The notes beneath the pieces were generated by a model. That model had not been told where the DNA came from. It was given only the letters and a program-made list of their open reading frames with translations, and did not search any database. Source: a virus (taxonomy: Duplodnaviria > Caudoviricetes). From it: a stretch of DNA of 59,803 bases. Shown piece by piece: positions 1 to 11,100 of this stretch. The position numbers and the translations under genes were made by a program. How positions within the stretch are numbered: position 1 is the stretch's first letter; every line of letters begins with the position of its first letter. Location: positions 1-59,803 of IMG/VR virus record IMGVR_UViG_3300008261_000020. One strand, given 5' to 3'.

Positions 1-100
1 ATATATTATTATTATTCTATAGAATATAAAGTAAAATAAAAATCGACATAATCGACAGCAAGTTAACAATCAATTACTTAGGTGACATAAAATCGACACA
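1..100. repeat. AT-rich origin-like element with AATCGACA repeats (copy 1)
   Basis: AATCGACA at 41, 50 and 91 in an AT-rich leader upstream of the primase; similar to 51013-51140. Confidence 0.55.
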
Positions 101-103
101 GCC

Positions 104-2509
104 ATGACGAATTTCGACATAACAATATTTCAAAACATCAAGGAGACAGAGACCCCGTTCTTCAGAGACGTGCGTGTGATACTTGATAGGATAAAGGAGG
201 GGGCTACCAAGGAACTTGTAAAGAAGATTAGACTTGAGAAGAGGAAGCCCGAGCGTAATGAACTTAAGAAGCAGTTGCCCGCCATCTGTTTCAGTGGTAA
301 GTTCAATAAGAGAACAGACTCGGCAATCACCGAGCATAGCGGACTCATTTGCTTGGACTTCGATGGGTATACCAAACAGAAGGAGCTACTACAAGACAAG
401 GAGAACCTAAGCAAGAACAAGTACGTGTTCTCAGTCTTCATCTCCCCTTCGGGTAATGGGTTAAAAGTATTGGTCAAGATACCCGCAGATGCAGACAACC
501 ACGTGAACTACTTTAATAGCTTAGAAAAGTACTTTAATTCGCCTTACTTTGATAAGACGAGTAAGAATATTAGCCGAGTATGTTACGAGTCGTATGACCC
601 TCTAATACACGTTAACGAGAACTCATCAGTTTGGGACCTGATTGAGGAGGCTGAGTACACAGAGGTGAACAAGAACAGAGACCAAGCTACTATACCAATC
701 ACTGATGAGAATAAGATAGTCGAGATACTTGTAAAGTGGTGGCAAAAGAAATACCCAATGAGTGAGGGTCAGCGAAATCAAAATGCTTTCATCCTCGCCA
801 TGGCATTCAATGACTTTGGAATTAACAAGAGCCTTGCATCGTATGTGTTAAATCAATTTGCTACTGATGACTTCACACTAAGGGAGATTCAGACAACGAT
901 TGACTCAGCGTACAAGCACACTGCTAACTTCGGTACCAAGTACTACGAAGACGAGGAGAGGGTAAATCAAATCAAAGCAAAGCTAAGAAGAGGTGTATCA
1001 AAAAAAGAGATTCGCTACCAACTGCAAGACTCCAACTTGGATAGCGACACGATAGACGCAGTGCTGTCTAAGGTGGAGGAGGAGAACGCAAAGCAAACCT
1101 TTTGGAATAAGAACGACAAGGGTATTATAAAGGTTATACATATTCAGTTCAAGCAGTTCTTGGAGGATAGCGGATTTTATAAGTACTGCCCCGAGGGTGG
1201 GAAGAACTATGTGTTCGTCAAAGTGACGAACAACTTGATTGACCACACGTCAGAGAAAGAGATTAAGGACTTCGTGCTGAATCACTTGCTTGAACTTGAT
1301 GACATTGCCGTATACAATTACTTTGCAGACAACACACGATTCTTTAAAGAGGAGTTCTTATCAATGCTATCAACGATTGACATCTACTTCATCGAGGACA
1401 CCAAGGAGTCTGCCTACCTGTACTACAGGAATTGTGCGGTCAAGATAACAATGGACGAGGTGGTTCCGATAGACTACTTGGACTTGGGAGGTTACGTGTG
1501 GAAAGACCACGTGATAGATAGGAACTTCACTATGTGTCAAGTGACACATAAGTGCGACTTCAAGAAATTTGTTAGGAATATTTGCGGTGATGATGACAGC
1601 AGGGTTAAAGCTATGGAGAGCACGCTTGGATTTCTTCAGCACGGATACAAGAACCTATCCTTCTGTCCTGCAGTCATCCTTAATGACGAGGTCATTAGCG
1701 ACAACCCTGAGGGTGGCACGGGAAAGGGACTATTCATGAACGCACTAAGTAATATGAAGAAACTTGTGGTGATAGATGGTAAGTCATTTACGTTTGAGCG
1801 AAGCTTCGCATATCAGTTGGTGTCAGCAGACACACAGATACTATGCTTCGATGACGTGAAGAAACACTTCGACTTCGAGCGACTCTTCAGCGTAGTCACT
1901 GAGGGTCTGACCCTCGAGAAGAAGAACAAGGACGCTATCAAGATACCATTCAGCAAGTCTCCTAAGATTGCCATCACTACGAACTATGCCATCAAGGGGT
2001 CGGGCAATTCATTTGCTCGTAGGAAATGGGAACTTGAACTACACCAATACTACTCGAAGGCGTACACGCCACTCGATGAGTTTGGTAAGTTGATGTTCGG
2101 GGATTGGAGCGATGATGATTGGTGTGAGTTTGATAACTACATGATAGGTTGTCTGAAGAGTTACCTGAGCACAGGTCTTGTCAAGAGTAAGTTCGTTAAC
2201 CTTAAGATTCGTCAGTTGTCAGCAGAGACTTGTCACGACTTTATTGAGTGGTGTGGATTGGTTGATGGTCAGCCAAGGAACACAAGCCTTGAGGTTGGTG
2301 CGAGGTTGTACAAACAAGACTTGTACTTTGATTTCATCAGCGAGTACCCTGACTACGGACCAAAGGCTAAGATGACAATAAGCAGAACAAGATTCTACAA
2401 GTGGTTAATATCTTATGCTATGTTCAAAGAGGGAACAATACCCGAGGAAGGAAGAGACTTGCAAGGAAGATGGATAATTATTCATAAGAAAAAAGATACC
2501 GATGATTGA
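104..2509 (+). CDS. Primase-helicase (VirE-N/BT4734-like primase domain, PriCT-like domain, P-loop helicase)
   Basis: LPAICFSG, CLDFD and SPSGNGLK motifs of the BT4734/VirE N-terminal family; GQRN PriCT-like segment; Walker A GGTGKG, Walker B LCFDD, ITTN sensor. Confidence 0.85.
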   Translation: MTNFDITIFQNIKETETPFFRDVRVILDRIKEGATKELVKKIRLEKRKPERNELKKQLPAICFSGKFNKRTDSAITEHSGLICLDFDGYTKQKELLQDKENLSKNKYVFSVFISPSGNGLKVLVKIPADADNHVNYFNSLEKYFNSPYFDKTSKNISRVCYESYDPLIHVNENSSVWDLIEEAEYTEVNKNRDQATIPITDENKIVEILVKWWQKKYPMSEGQRNQNAFILAMAFNDFGINKSLASYVLNQFATDDFTLREIQTTIDSAYKHTANFGTKYYEDEERVNQIKAKLRRGVSKKEIRYQLQDSNLDSDTIDAVLSKVEEENAKQTFWNKNDKGIIKVIHIQFKQFLEDSGFYKYCPEGGKNYVFVKVTNNLIDHTSEKEIKDFVLNHLLELDDIAVYNYFADNTRFFKEEFLSMLSTIDIYFIEDTKESAYLYYRNCAVKITMDEVVPIDYLDLGGYVWKDHVIDRNFTMCQVTHKCDFKKFVRNICGDDDSRVKAMESTLGFLQHGYKNLSFCPAVILNDEVISDNPEGGTGKGLFMNALSNMKKLVVIDGKSFTFERSFAYQLVSADTQILCFDDVKKHFDFERLFSVVTEGLTLEKKNKDAIKIPFSKSPKIAITTNYAIKGSGNSFARRKWELELHQYYSKAYTPLDEFGKLMFGDWSDDDWCEFDNYMIGCLKSYLSTGLVKSKFVNLKIRQLSAETCHDFIEWCGLVDGQPRNTSLEVGARLYKQDLYFDFISEYPDYGPKAKMTISRTRFYKWLISYAMFKEGTIPEEGRDLQGRWIIIHKKKDTDD

Positions 2510-3932
2510 AAGAATACCGGGATATAGTAATGAGGATATGGTTGAATACTGCGAGACTCTTAAGAGGATTATACTATCCACTAAGGAGGTCAAGGTGGGC
2601 AGGGGTAAAGCCATTGAAACAATAAAAGTATCCAAATATGGAAACGACCCTGATGTTGTAAAGAATATTTTAGATAGTTGCGAATATTATAAATCACCTA
2701 AGATGGAGTTCAGAGATTATCAGATTGATATAATAAAGAAAGGTAAGAAGCTATTGCTTCAACACCGATTCCTATACCTTGCCATGGAGGTGAGGACGGG
2801 TAAAACCCTGACAAGCCTTGGAATATTAGACGGGATTGAGTTGGAGCATGTCTTGTTTGTTACAAAGAAGAAAGCCATCGGAAGTATCGAAGATGATTAT
2901 GAGATGCTCAAACCTTCTTATCAGTTGACCGTAATCAATTATGAAAGCCTTCACATTGTAATGAATGACCAAGTATGGGACGCTGTTATCTTGGACGAGG
3001 CTCATTCATTGGGAGCGTTTGCTAAGCCAAGTGCAAGGGCTGAACTTGTAAGAGATATTCTATGGAACGTAAACCCATTTGTTATTCTACTGAGTGGTAC
3101 ACCAACACCCGAGAGTTATTCTCAGATGTACCATCAGGTATATGGCATCAGGAACAATCCGTTCAGAGAGTTCAGAAGCTTCTACAAGTTTGCCGAGAAG
3201 CACGTAAAGGTTAAGCAGAAGAAAATAAATGGGCTGTACATGAACGACTACAGCAAGGGACTTGATAGTATCATTGAGGCTATGGCTCCTTATACCATCA
3301 GCTACACGCAACAAGAAGCGGGGTTCGTAACTAAAACAATTGAGGAGGTTATTGAGGTAGAGCTAAAGCCAAGCACCATTCAGCTTATAAACAGACTGAA
3401 GAAAGACTTAGTTGTGGAAGGTAAGAACGAGGTGATACTTGCGGACACCCCCGCAAAGTTGATGATGAAGGTGCATCAGTTGTGTAGCGGAACGATTAAG
3501 TTTGAGAGTGGTAATAGCATGGTGCTTGACACCACCAAGGCAGACTTTATTAAGGAGCACTTTGCAGGTTGTAAGATTGGAATCTTTTATAAGTTCAAAG
3601 AAGAACTTGAAGCACTTCGTCAAGTATTTGGTACAGAAAACTTGACAACTGAGCTTAGTGTCTTTGAAGACACTGACAAGAACATAGCACTACAGATTGT
3701 GTCAGGTAGGGAAGGCATCAGCCTGAAGCAAGCCGACTACCTTGTATACTACAACATTGACTTCAGTGCTACAAGTTATTGGCAAAGCAAGGACAGAATG
3801 ACTACAAAAGATAGACAATTTAACCAAGTTTTTTGGATATTTGCAAAGGATGGAATAGAGTATGACATATATAAAGCAGTAACCAAGAAGAAAGATTATA
3901 CTTTAAAACATTTTGAAAAAACATTTTTATGA
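2502..3932 (+). CDS. SNF2-like superfamily 2 helicase
   Basis: FRDYQ Q motif, MEVRTGKT, ILDEAH, LSGTP, GREGISL, QSKDR. Confidence 0.85.
   Translation: MIERIPGYSNEDMVEYCETLKRIILSTKEVKVGRGKAIETIKVSKYGNDPDVVKNILDSCEYYKSPKMEFRDYQIDIIKKGKKLLLQHRFLYLAMEVRTGKTLTSLGILDGIELEHVLFVTKKKAIGSIEDDYEMLKPSYQLTVINYESLHIVMNDQVWDAVILDEAHSLGAFAKPSARAELVRDILWNVNPFVILLSGTPTPESYSQMYHQVYGIRNNPFREFRSFYKFAEKHVKVKQKKINGLYMNDYSKGLDSIIEAMAPYTISYTQQEAGFVTKTIEEVIEVELKPSTIQLINRLKKDLVVEGKNEVILADTPAKLMMKVHQLCSGTIKFESGNSMVLDTTKADFIKEHFAGCKIGIFYKFKEELEALRQVFGTENLTTELSVFEDTDKNIALQIVSGREGISLKQADYLVYYNIDFSATSYWQSKDRMTTKDRQFNQVFWIFAKDGIEYDIYKAVTKKKDYTLKHFEKTFL
3658..3673. repeat. Dispersed palindrome GTGTCTTTGAAGACAC
   Basis: Exact motif inside the helicase, encoding SVFEDT. 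Confidence 0.9.
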
Positions 3933-4240
3933 TTAGATGTGCTTGTGTAAATAGTAAGGACAGACCTAATGCGATACCAAAAGATAAGTGGATTAAGAAG
4001 GGTGAGATATACACCATCGTGTTCGCTATCGTGGTACTACCTCAGAGGGAGCTCGGCTTACAGCTTGATGAGATAACGCTTGATGAGAGTTGTGCACCAT
4101 ACGAATACTTCTTAGCTAATAGGTTTGCGTTTCTTAATGATGACCTATATAAGTTGCAAGAGTTTATAAGGGATTGTGCAAGGGTTAATATGTCCATAAA
4201 AGAATTAATGAAACAATCAAATATTTTAAACCATGCCTGA
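3929..4240 (+). CDS. Hypothetical protein
   Basis: ORF start overlaps the helicase stop. Confidence 0.7.
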   Translation: MIRCACVNSKDRPNAIPKDKWIKKGEIYTIVFAIVVLPQRELGLQLDEITLDESCAPYEYFLANRFAFLNDDLYKLQEFIRDCARVNMSIKELMKQSNILNHA

Positions 4241-4397
4241 TATAACACTATGCCCGGGCAATAATTGCCCACTAAAAGAAACTTGCTATAGGTATAAAGC
4301 TGAACCAAGTGATTATCAATCTTACTTTATTGATACACCATACTATTCAGGGATATGCGAACATTATTGGGAGATAGAAGAATCAAATTCTAATTAA
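4233..4397 (+). CDS. Small Cys-rich hypothetical protein (MPDITLCPGNNCPLKETCYRY...)
   Basis: 54-aa ORF read by hand, below the track cutoff; overlaps the upstream stop. Confidence 0.7.
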   Translation: MPDITLCPGNNCPLKETCYRYKAEPSDYQSYFIDTPYYSGICEHYWEIEESNSN

Positions 4398-4498
4398 TAT
4401 GATAATAATTTTATTTTTAACTTTAATTTCAGCAATAATACTTGGGTATTATTTAGCAAAACTTCACGAAGGTGATGACCCATTTTTATTTTAAAACT

Positions 4499-4702
4499 AT
4501 GAAACAACAAACAGCAGTAGAGTTTCTATTATCAGAATTAGATATAGCTAAATTGATTGAAAGAGAAAAGCTAACTATGGCAGCAGAAGTAGTAAGACAA
4601 TCCAAAGCAATGGAGAAAGAGCAAATAGAAAAAGCCTATGTAGATTCCCATATTTACTCACTTGATAGTGAACAATACTATAATTACAAATATGGAAAAT
4701 AA
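4499..4702 (+). CDS. Hypothetical protein, MKQQTAVE...AMEKEQI type
   Basis: Paralog of the next ORF; start moved to the ATG after an A-rich leader. Confidence 0.7.
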   Translation: MKQQTAVEFLLSELDIAKLIEREKLTMAAEVVRQSKAMEKEQIEKAYVDSHIYSLDSEQYYNYKYGK

Positions 4703-4892
4703 ACAAACTGCAATACAAGGATTTATAGAAGCATTAACAAGTAATGGTTATGTGATTATCAATCAAACATTGATAGATACTTATTTAGCAATGGAGAAGG
4801 AGCAAATAATAAATGCTCATGATAATGGTAAAAACATATTGCCTCCAAATGAAAATGGACAACAATACTACAATGAAACTTATGACAAATGA
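4692..4892 (+). CDS. Hypothetical protein, MENKQTAI...AMEKEQI type
   Basis: Tandem paralog sharing KQTA, AMEKEQI and QYYN. Confidence 0.7.
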   Translation: MENKQTAIQGFIEALTSNGYVIINQTLIDTYLAMEKEQIINAHDNGKNILPPNENGQQYYNETYDK

Positions 4893-5122
4893 AAAGAGAA
4901 GTACTACTTAGAATAAGAAGGGAGTTTACTGAAAAGGAAAAGTATAACATACTTATGGAAGATTACTTCAATATGATTAGGAAGGTTTCTCACATGGAAG
5001 AGTTGCAACAAAAGTATAACGACCTGCGTGAGCAACATAAGAATCTACAATCAAAGTATACTAAATTAAAAAACAAGTATGAAAAAAAAGATTCATGTGA
5101 ACCAACACAATATCAGGTCTAA
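4889..5122 (+). CDS. Hypothetical coiled-coil protein
   Basis: ATGA overlap; heptad pattern. Confidence 0.65.
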   Translation: MKREVLLRIRREFTEKEKYNILMEDYFNMIRKVSHMEELQQKYNDLREQHKNLQSKYTKLKNKYEKKDSCEPTQYQV

Positions 5123-5315
5123 TAAAACAAAAGGTACAGAGCTACCGGTAATTACAATAAAGCAAGGAAGAACAAACACCTATTGTAATGAGGTTGAAAT
5201 ATTGGGACCATCTAAAGTTGTTTACTCAGGATTTGGATGTGATACCAAGGCGATACTTTCTTGCGGTGCAAGGGTTGTTATAGAAACAGATAGTGAAATT
5301 AAAATAATATCATGA
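5079..5315 (+). CDS. Hypothetical phage protein
   Basis: ORF in a tightly packed operon. Confidence 0.65.
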   Translation: MKKKIHVNQHNIRSNKTKGTELPVITIKQGRTNTYCNEVEILGPSKVVYSGFGCDTKAILSCGARVVIETDSEIKIIS

Positions 5316-5506
5316 TGAGAGACAAGATACTTGACGCACTGATTGAGAAGTATAAAGAGAGAGCTGAGAAGGGTCAGCTTAAATATGGAACGACACTTGA
5401 CAGAGATGACCTACAGCTTTTGGATTGGATTAACCACGCACAAGAAGAAGCAATGGACTACTGTCTATATTTAGAAAAAATAAAACAAATGTTAAAACAT
5501 GAGTAG
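5312..5506 (+). CDS. Small phage protein, possible all-alpha NTP pyrophosphatase-like fold
   Basis: KYGTTLDR...HAQEEAMD..LYLEK motif. Confidence 0.5.
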   Translation: MMRDKILDALIEKYKERAEKGQLKYGTTLDRDDLQLLDWINHAQEEAMDYCLYLEKIKQMLKHE

Positions 5507-5675
5507 ACTTTACGATTGGGTGTTTCACTACAACCATTTTACAGAATTGTGGCATGCTGTCCCAAGAGAAATGTATAACAGGTATTGGGACAATGATGAC
5601 ATTAAAGGTGTACTTAAATCAAAGGATATTAATACACTGATTGAAATAATAACAAAAGGTATAAAGGTTAAATGA
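5499..5675 (+). CDS. Hypothetical protein (MSRLYDWVFHYN...)
   Basis: 58-aa ORF read by hand; overlaps both neighbours. Confidence 0.65.
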   Translation: MSRLYDWVFHYNHFTELWHAVPREMYNRYWDNDDIKGVLKSKDINTLIEIITKGIKVK

Positions 5676-5920
5676 CTGAACAGCAGATACAAAGCAAGAG
5701 GATAAGAGAACTTGAGGCTCAAGGATATTACGTTATTAAACTTGTTAGGACAAACAAGAACGGCATACCTGACCTTATCGCAATCCCAAGGGATAGCGAT
5801 GTGTTGTTCTGCGAAGTTAAAAGACCTGATGGCAGACTATCTAAATTACAAGAGTACAGAATAAAAGAATTAAATCAACATGGAATCAACACAGAAATTT
5901 ATCGAGGAGAAAAAGAGTGA
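5672..5920 (+). CDS. VRR-NUC family nuclease / resolvase
   Basis: GIPDL...FCEVK...GRLSKLQ signature. Confidence 0.85.
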   Translation: MTEQQIQSKRIRELEAQGYYVIKLVRTNKNGIPDLIAIPRDSDVLFCEVKRPDGRLSKLQEYRIKELNQHGINTEIYRGEKE

Positions 5921-6428
5921 CATAGATACTTTAAAAAATATAATCGAGATGGTAATGTCAGTAGGTTTAATGGAGACCAATAGGAAAAGATGTGTTGTTG
6001 AGGCACGTATGATGTATGCATACATACTAAGAGAGCTCAACTACTCTTTAAGCAGAATAGGAATGTCTCTAAAGAAAGACCACACCACAATAATACACTA
6101 CCTAACTGCCTTTAGAAAACTGCTTGAGACTGACAAGGAACTGCTTAGAAACTATCATAAGTGCAGGGACATGTTCATGGAAGACAGGGACCCTGAGCTT
6201 ATTAAAAAAAGAGATGACCTAAAGAGCGAGGTCTTTAGGTTGAGTACAAAATTAGAGGTGATGATGATAGAGAATAAGAATTTACAAACTGAAATTAAAA
6301 AACTAAAAGAGGAATCAAAGGTGGGTAATAAAAGATTTAACAGAGTAATAAAGTTTATGGAAGAGAACGTACCTATAGGTCACGAATTTATATTTGAAAG
6401 AAAAATAATAAAGATGTTCGATGAATAA
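5880..6428 (+). CDS. DnaA domain-IV-like HTH protein with C-terminal coiled coil
   Basis: RKRCVVEARMMYAY...SRIG...KDHTTIIHY resembles the DnaA C-terminal domain. Confidence 0.7.
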   Translation: MESTQKFIEEKKSDIDTLKNIIEMVMSVGLMETNRKRCVVEARMMYAYILRELNYSLSRIGMSLKKDHTTIIHYLTAFRKLLETDKELLRNYHKCRDMFMEDRDPELIKKRDDLKSEVFRLSTKLEVMMIENKNLQTEIKKLKEESKVGNKRFNRVIKFMEENVPIGHEFIFERKIIKMFDE

Positions 6429-6606
6429 CAAAGAAAAAGAAAGAGCACGCAGAATATCCTTCATGACCGAAGGCTTTCACATATCAATAACTACTATATA
6501 TGAAAACTTAGTAGACAAGGAATATGTTGAAGCAAAGAAGGATATAATTGATTTATTAAGAGACCTACGACAGGTAATAAAAATAATGGAAGACGATGAC
6601 TTTTGA
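6421..6606 (+). CDS. Hypothetical protein
   Basis: Overlapping ORF in the operon. Confidence 0.6.
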   Translation: MNNKEKERARRISFMTEGFHISITTIYENLVDKEYVEAKKDIIDLLRDLRQVIKIMEDDDF

Positions 6607-7009
6607 AACAGACCAAGACAAGCTAAGAGAAAAGAAAGCAATCGAAACATTCGTGAATGTGTTCAATGGTTCATTTAAGAAGTTGGACCCGCACGATGTA
6701 GACTACAAGGTGTTCGACAAGGAGAAGAATCTTATAGCATACGTAGAAGTTAAGGGAAGAAACAAAACCATAAGAGATGCGTACCCCTTACCAATATCAG
6801 TAAAGAAACTGATTAAGCTCATAGACAAGAGGCTGACACCCGTAATAATATGGGCATGCGAGGATGGTATTATATATGGAAAGGCTGTTAATCTTGTGGG
6901 TCAAATCAAGTGGGGAGGGAGGGCAACACGTGAAGGTTCCTTTAATGATGTTGAGGTGATGGCTTACTACGACAAGCAAAAAGAGTTCAAGTATGTAAGA
7001 TACCTATAG
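6596..7009 (+). CDS. PD-(D/E)XK family nuclease-like protein
   Basis: VDY...YVEVKGR motif. Confidence 0.6.
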   Translation: MTFETDQDKLREKKAIETFVNVFNGSFKKLDPHDVDYKVFDKEKNLIAYVEVKGRNKTIRDAYPLPISVKKLIKLIDKRLTPVIIWACEDGIIYGKAVNLVGQIKWGGRATREGSFNDVEVMAYYDKQKEFKYVRYL

Positions 7010-7285
7010 GCTACCATCTTGTAGTGGTTGTTCTTTATCCTCTTCAATTCTTCTGTATCTCTGATGCCATAGAGTGTTGCATAGTGCAACACTTTTTTTT
7101 ATTACATCCTCCTCGCTGTCATTCTCCCACAGCAGGTGTATACATTCGTGTATCAATATCTCTAATGCTTTCTTTCCTTTTAGCCTGCTGTCTATATACA
7201 CGGTACCGTTGGAGTCTGCCAAACCCCATGCCTTTTGCTTTCCCAACTTAGTATATTTAACTTTAATTTTCACCCTTGAGTTCAA
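7004..7285 (-). CDS. Small HEXXH metallopeptidase-like protein
   Basis: GTVYIDSRL...ILIHECIH. Confidence 0.6.
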   Translation of the reverse strand: MNSRVKIKVKYTKLGKQKAWGLADSNGTVYIDSRLKGKKALEILIHECIHLLWENDSEEDVIKKSVALCNTLWHQRYRRIEEDKEQPLQDGSL

Positions 7286-7451
7286 TTAAATCCATGCGTT
7301 CCCAATCGCTTGGCTCTATCTTGGTCTTGCCTCTAACCTTTGCAAGCGCCCTTCTATATATCTCTTCCTTCTTCTGCAGTTCAATTAACTTAGCTAACAA
7401 GTAGGACTCCTGTTGTTCAAGACTCATCTTTTCTAATTTTTTAGGTATCAT
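7263..7451 (-). CDS. Hypothetical protein
   Basis: Overlapping ORF. Confidence 0.6.
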   Translation of the reverse strand: MIPKKLEKMSLEQQESYLLAKLIELQKKEEIYRRALAKVRGKTKIEPSDWERMDLIELKGEN

Positions 7452-8182
7452 TTAGTATCTATTTTACTTGTAAATTTACCACAATCGTTGCACCTATACT
7501 GAACTCTTGATGAGCCTGAGGCTGTTGTTATCTTTTGGTTTATGACCAAGTAGTCAGAGCCACACTCAGGGCAATTACCTCTGTCTCCACCTATTAAAGC
7601 ACCATAGTGAGTCTTAGCTGCGATGTGATTATTTATTTCTTTAAATACTTTCTCAAGCAAAGTAACATCTTTTTTGCAATAGGCTATCATCTTGCCCATT
7701 GCTTTTTTATCATTATTCAAAACAATCTGTCTCCATAGGTCAAAGTTTGTTTTTATCTTTTGACCTATACCCAAGTAGTCTGCTATGTAGTTTAGTTTAT
7801 TTGAGTTGAACTTAAACTTTCCCCTCGCTATCTTGAGTGTATCTATTACTGTATACCTTGGAAAGACTTCTATCCTGTGGAACAAACACCTTGTCCTAAT
7901 CCAAGCAAGGTCGAACCTATCACCGTTGTGACCAACCATTTCAGATGCTTGGTTTGCCACCTTAATAAATTTCTGAAGCAGTGCCTTGTCTGATTGCTTT
8001 GCATCCCAATGTAGTTCGTGAACCTCCTTTTCTCCCTCCCACTTATAGCAGATACAAATGATAGCCCGTTCCTTTATTATATTAGAATAGTCTATGTTCT
8101 TTTTGTATCCTGCCTCCCAAAAGAAACCAATATTAGGAGAGGTTTCTATGTCGAAAAATAATCTTTTTCTTTTTAAATTCAT
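7448..8182 (-). CDS. RNase H-like / DnaQ-type exonuclease with C-terminal zinc ribbon
   Basis: FDIET, GHNGDRFD, YCKKD exonuclease motifs; CPEC...CNDC. Confidence 0.8.
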   Translation of the reverse strand: MNLKRKRLFFDIETSPNIGFFWEAGYKKNIDYSNIIKERAIICICYKWEGEKEVHELHWDAKQSDKALLQKFIKVANQASEMVGHNGDRFDLAWIRTRCLFHRIEVFPRYTVIDTLKIARGKFKFNSNKLNYIADYLGIGQKIKTNFDLWRQIVLNNDKKAMGKMIAYCKKDVTLLEKVFKEINNHIAAKTHYGALIGGDRGNCPECGSDYLVINQKITTASGSSRVQYRCNDCGKFTSKIDTK

Positions 8183-8192
8183 TTTGTTGAAT

Positions 8193-11100
8193 TTACCTGT
8201 ACATATCCTCTTTTATTTGCTTCTTTATTTTTTCTTGTTCTCTGTTTATTTCTTTCTTCATTTGTTCAACGTCATACAATGAACCACCGGGACCATACAA
8301 GTCGTTATACATATCAGGGAAGTACTTCTTCATATCTTCTTTACTCATCGAAGACCCTTTGCCACCCGTACCCTTTGTCTTCTCCAAGTCCTTGTACAAC
8401 TCAGCGTTTACTATTTTATGTATGTCTTTATATAACGGAACCATACCAATGTTACCAAAGAACTCAAGAGGAACACGGATGTTCTTTTCTTTTTCGCTAC
8501 GCTCAATCGCCTCTTCTTCCTCCTTTGGTTTCTCAAGTGCCTTCTTTGCAATAAGGTAGGCTGTCTTTGCAGAAGGAGAGAACGGACCCATCATATTAAA
8601 TAGTATCTGTTCAGGCTTTCCTTGCTTGTCTATTGGCAGTACACTGTATTGTATTGCGTCCTTGTATGGGTCGTACTCTCCCTCTCTTAAAAAGTCAAGG
8701 TACTCTTGGTTCACTTTCTCAACACCATAGTTTACAAGCGTCTTAGTAACGTTACCAAAGTCACGACCAAGAATCATTGACGAGAACGCAGACGCAAGTG
8801 CCTGACCAATTTTTTGGTAGAAGCTTTTCTCATCCTCTTCTTCATCATCCACAAACAATCCTGTCATAGCCGAGCCTAATACATTTACCAATAGTGTATA
8901 CAACACCATCCTTGCGGTAACACCTCCAAGCAATGCAACTCCCTGCTTCCTTGATATTTGCCCGCCCTTCATTGCTGCCATTATACCTGTTCTTGCAGTA
9001 ACATATTCATAAATCAAGAAGGTTGTCATAAAGTTATTGAACCTATTAAATGCCCTAATGAATCCACTCTGATTAGGTTTTGATGTGCCCTTTAAAATAC
9101 CCATAAAGGCATTGTCTGTTGCACCCATTAGAACACTCTTCTTGTCTGCAACCAACGTAGCCTTTTCAAGATTTTCTTTGTTTTCTGACATGTAGGCTTC
9201 ATCATTGTTTGCAATCTTATCAAAGTCAGGATTGGTTCCTGTAAGATTCTTGAACTCATTTGTAAACGCACCAAACCAAACGGGACGCATTGTTATTTTA
9301 TCAGGAGTGGATATGAGTGCGTCTGCTGTAAGCTCAACAGCATTTGTATACTTGCCCAATGAAAGGTTATATATCTGCTGTATCTTATTGGCAACATCAT
9401 TCTTGGCTCTGCTTCCTTTTACACCAACAGCATCACTCATCACAGATGTGTCAATCATTTTACCACTAAGCGTGTGATTGGGGAACAACCTATTCATCTG
9501 CTTACTGTTCAAATTAAATACAGCCTTTGCAGCATCAGAAGAAAATATAAACTTCTTCATTGATGCACCTGTAGAAAAATCTTTTGGTGCAACTATCGTA
9601 GCAAATGCTACGTTTGATGTAAGCTCAGACGCAAACCTTGGGATACTTGCAAGCACAGCTCTATATCCTTGCTTAGAAATATAATCAACAACATCGTCAG
9701 CAAGTGATGTTGACATGAATGCATTCGTCAATAAATTTTCTGTAGCCTCATCAAACGCACCTGATATTGCATTGAAAATATCACGCTGTTTTTTATCAGC
9801 CTTTCTCTCCTTTAACAACCTTGATGTTTCGTTGATTGTTTTTCTTGCTGTACGTATTGGCTCGGTAAGATAGTAGTCCATTAACACAAACTTAGCACCA
9901 CGCTGCGTAGCTGCAAACACATCAAAGTTTAATGGGGTAGCCTTACCTGTACGAGTAAGCAATGACTTCGCTCTTGTAGATGGTCTTAATGTATTTGAAT
10001 AAGTATTTAAAGATGACGCTCCTGTTATATCTTCCTGCTGACTGTCGTCAAGCAATGCATAGTGGTGAACGTAATCTGTCAGTGGAGAAATTTTATCACC
10101 ACGTATAATAGCCGATGTGTAAACAGCCTTATCACGCATGCTATCATTGATGTCTGATATTTCTTTTATTGCAGACTTCTCTGCTGAGTTAAATGAGTCA
10201 TATAGTTTCTTTGCATCTATCTGACCATCTGCATTTGAATACTTCTCTTGTATCTCCCTTAGCATCTCAACGTCTCTTTCAGTAAAGCTTGACTTCCCAT
10301 TTTCAATGTGGTCAATTGTAGACTCAAGAAACTTAGAAGCCGGGTTAACCTGTTTGTTATTGGGGTTGGACTCAAACTCACGCTGAAGCAGATATGCCAT
10401 CATCTTATACTTCGACATTGTCGTCTTGTTAGCGTTCATGTTAAAAGACTTAGCAACCTTTAACTCCGCCTCCTTTAACCTCTTGGCTATTTGCTTTTCT
10501 GAAAATGCAAACTTGGCTTGTGCCTCTGCAGCTTTTTCAAACAATGAATTAAATATTTCCTTTGTATTAAAGTTGCCAAACACTTGGTCAATATAATACA
10601 ATGGGTTCCTCCTTATGAGTTCAGAAAAGTTTTTATTCTTTGTAAACAGCGACTTAAATCTTGCATAAAGATTTGAAAAAGGGATAGGCTTTGCATTTGA
10701 TATAGCCTTGTCAAGAACAGCACTGTTGTCAAGTGCGGTTATTCTTTCGTAAAGCAATTGAGCGTAATGAGGTATGTACCCATTATTTATGTTGTCAATT
10801 ACTTTTAAAAGATTGTTCAGCTCTCTAACGCTTAACCTGTTTAAGTTCTTACTATTTAAAAGTTTAGAAAGATTCTTTGCCAAGTCACGCTCGTCTTTTG
10901 TTGGCAAATCATCAGCGTTTATCTTTGATGAATTTATTTGTTTTATAACATTTTGTTTCTCCTCTTCAGTGGACTCTTGCTCAGGCTCAACCTCCTCTGA
11001 TACTTCTTCCTGATACTTCATCATCACGTCAGCTTCCTTCTCGTCAATCTCTTTATTGTCGAGCATTGACTTTACTGTTTTGGAATAATCCAACTTGCCA

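Noticed and set aside
1820-1833. GTGTCAGCAGACAC as another palindrome copy
   Set aside because: Only 5-bp arms match and the length is 14 bp; could be chance.
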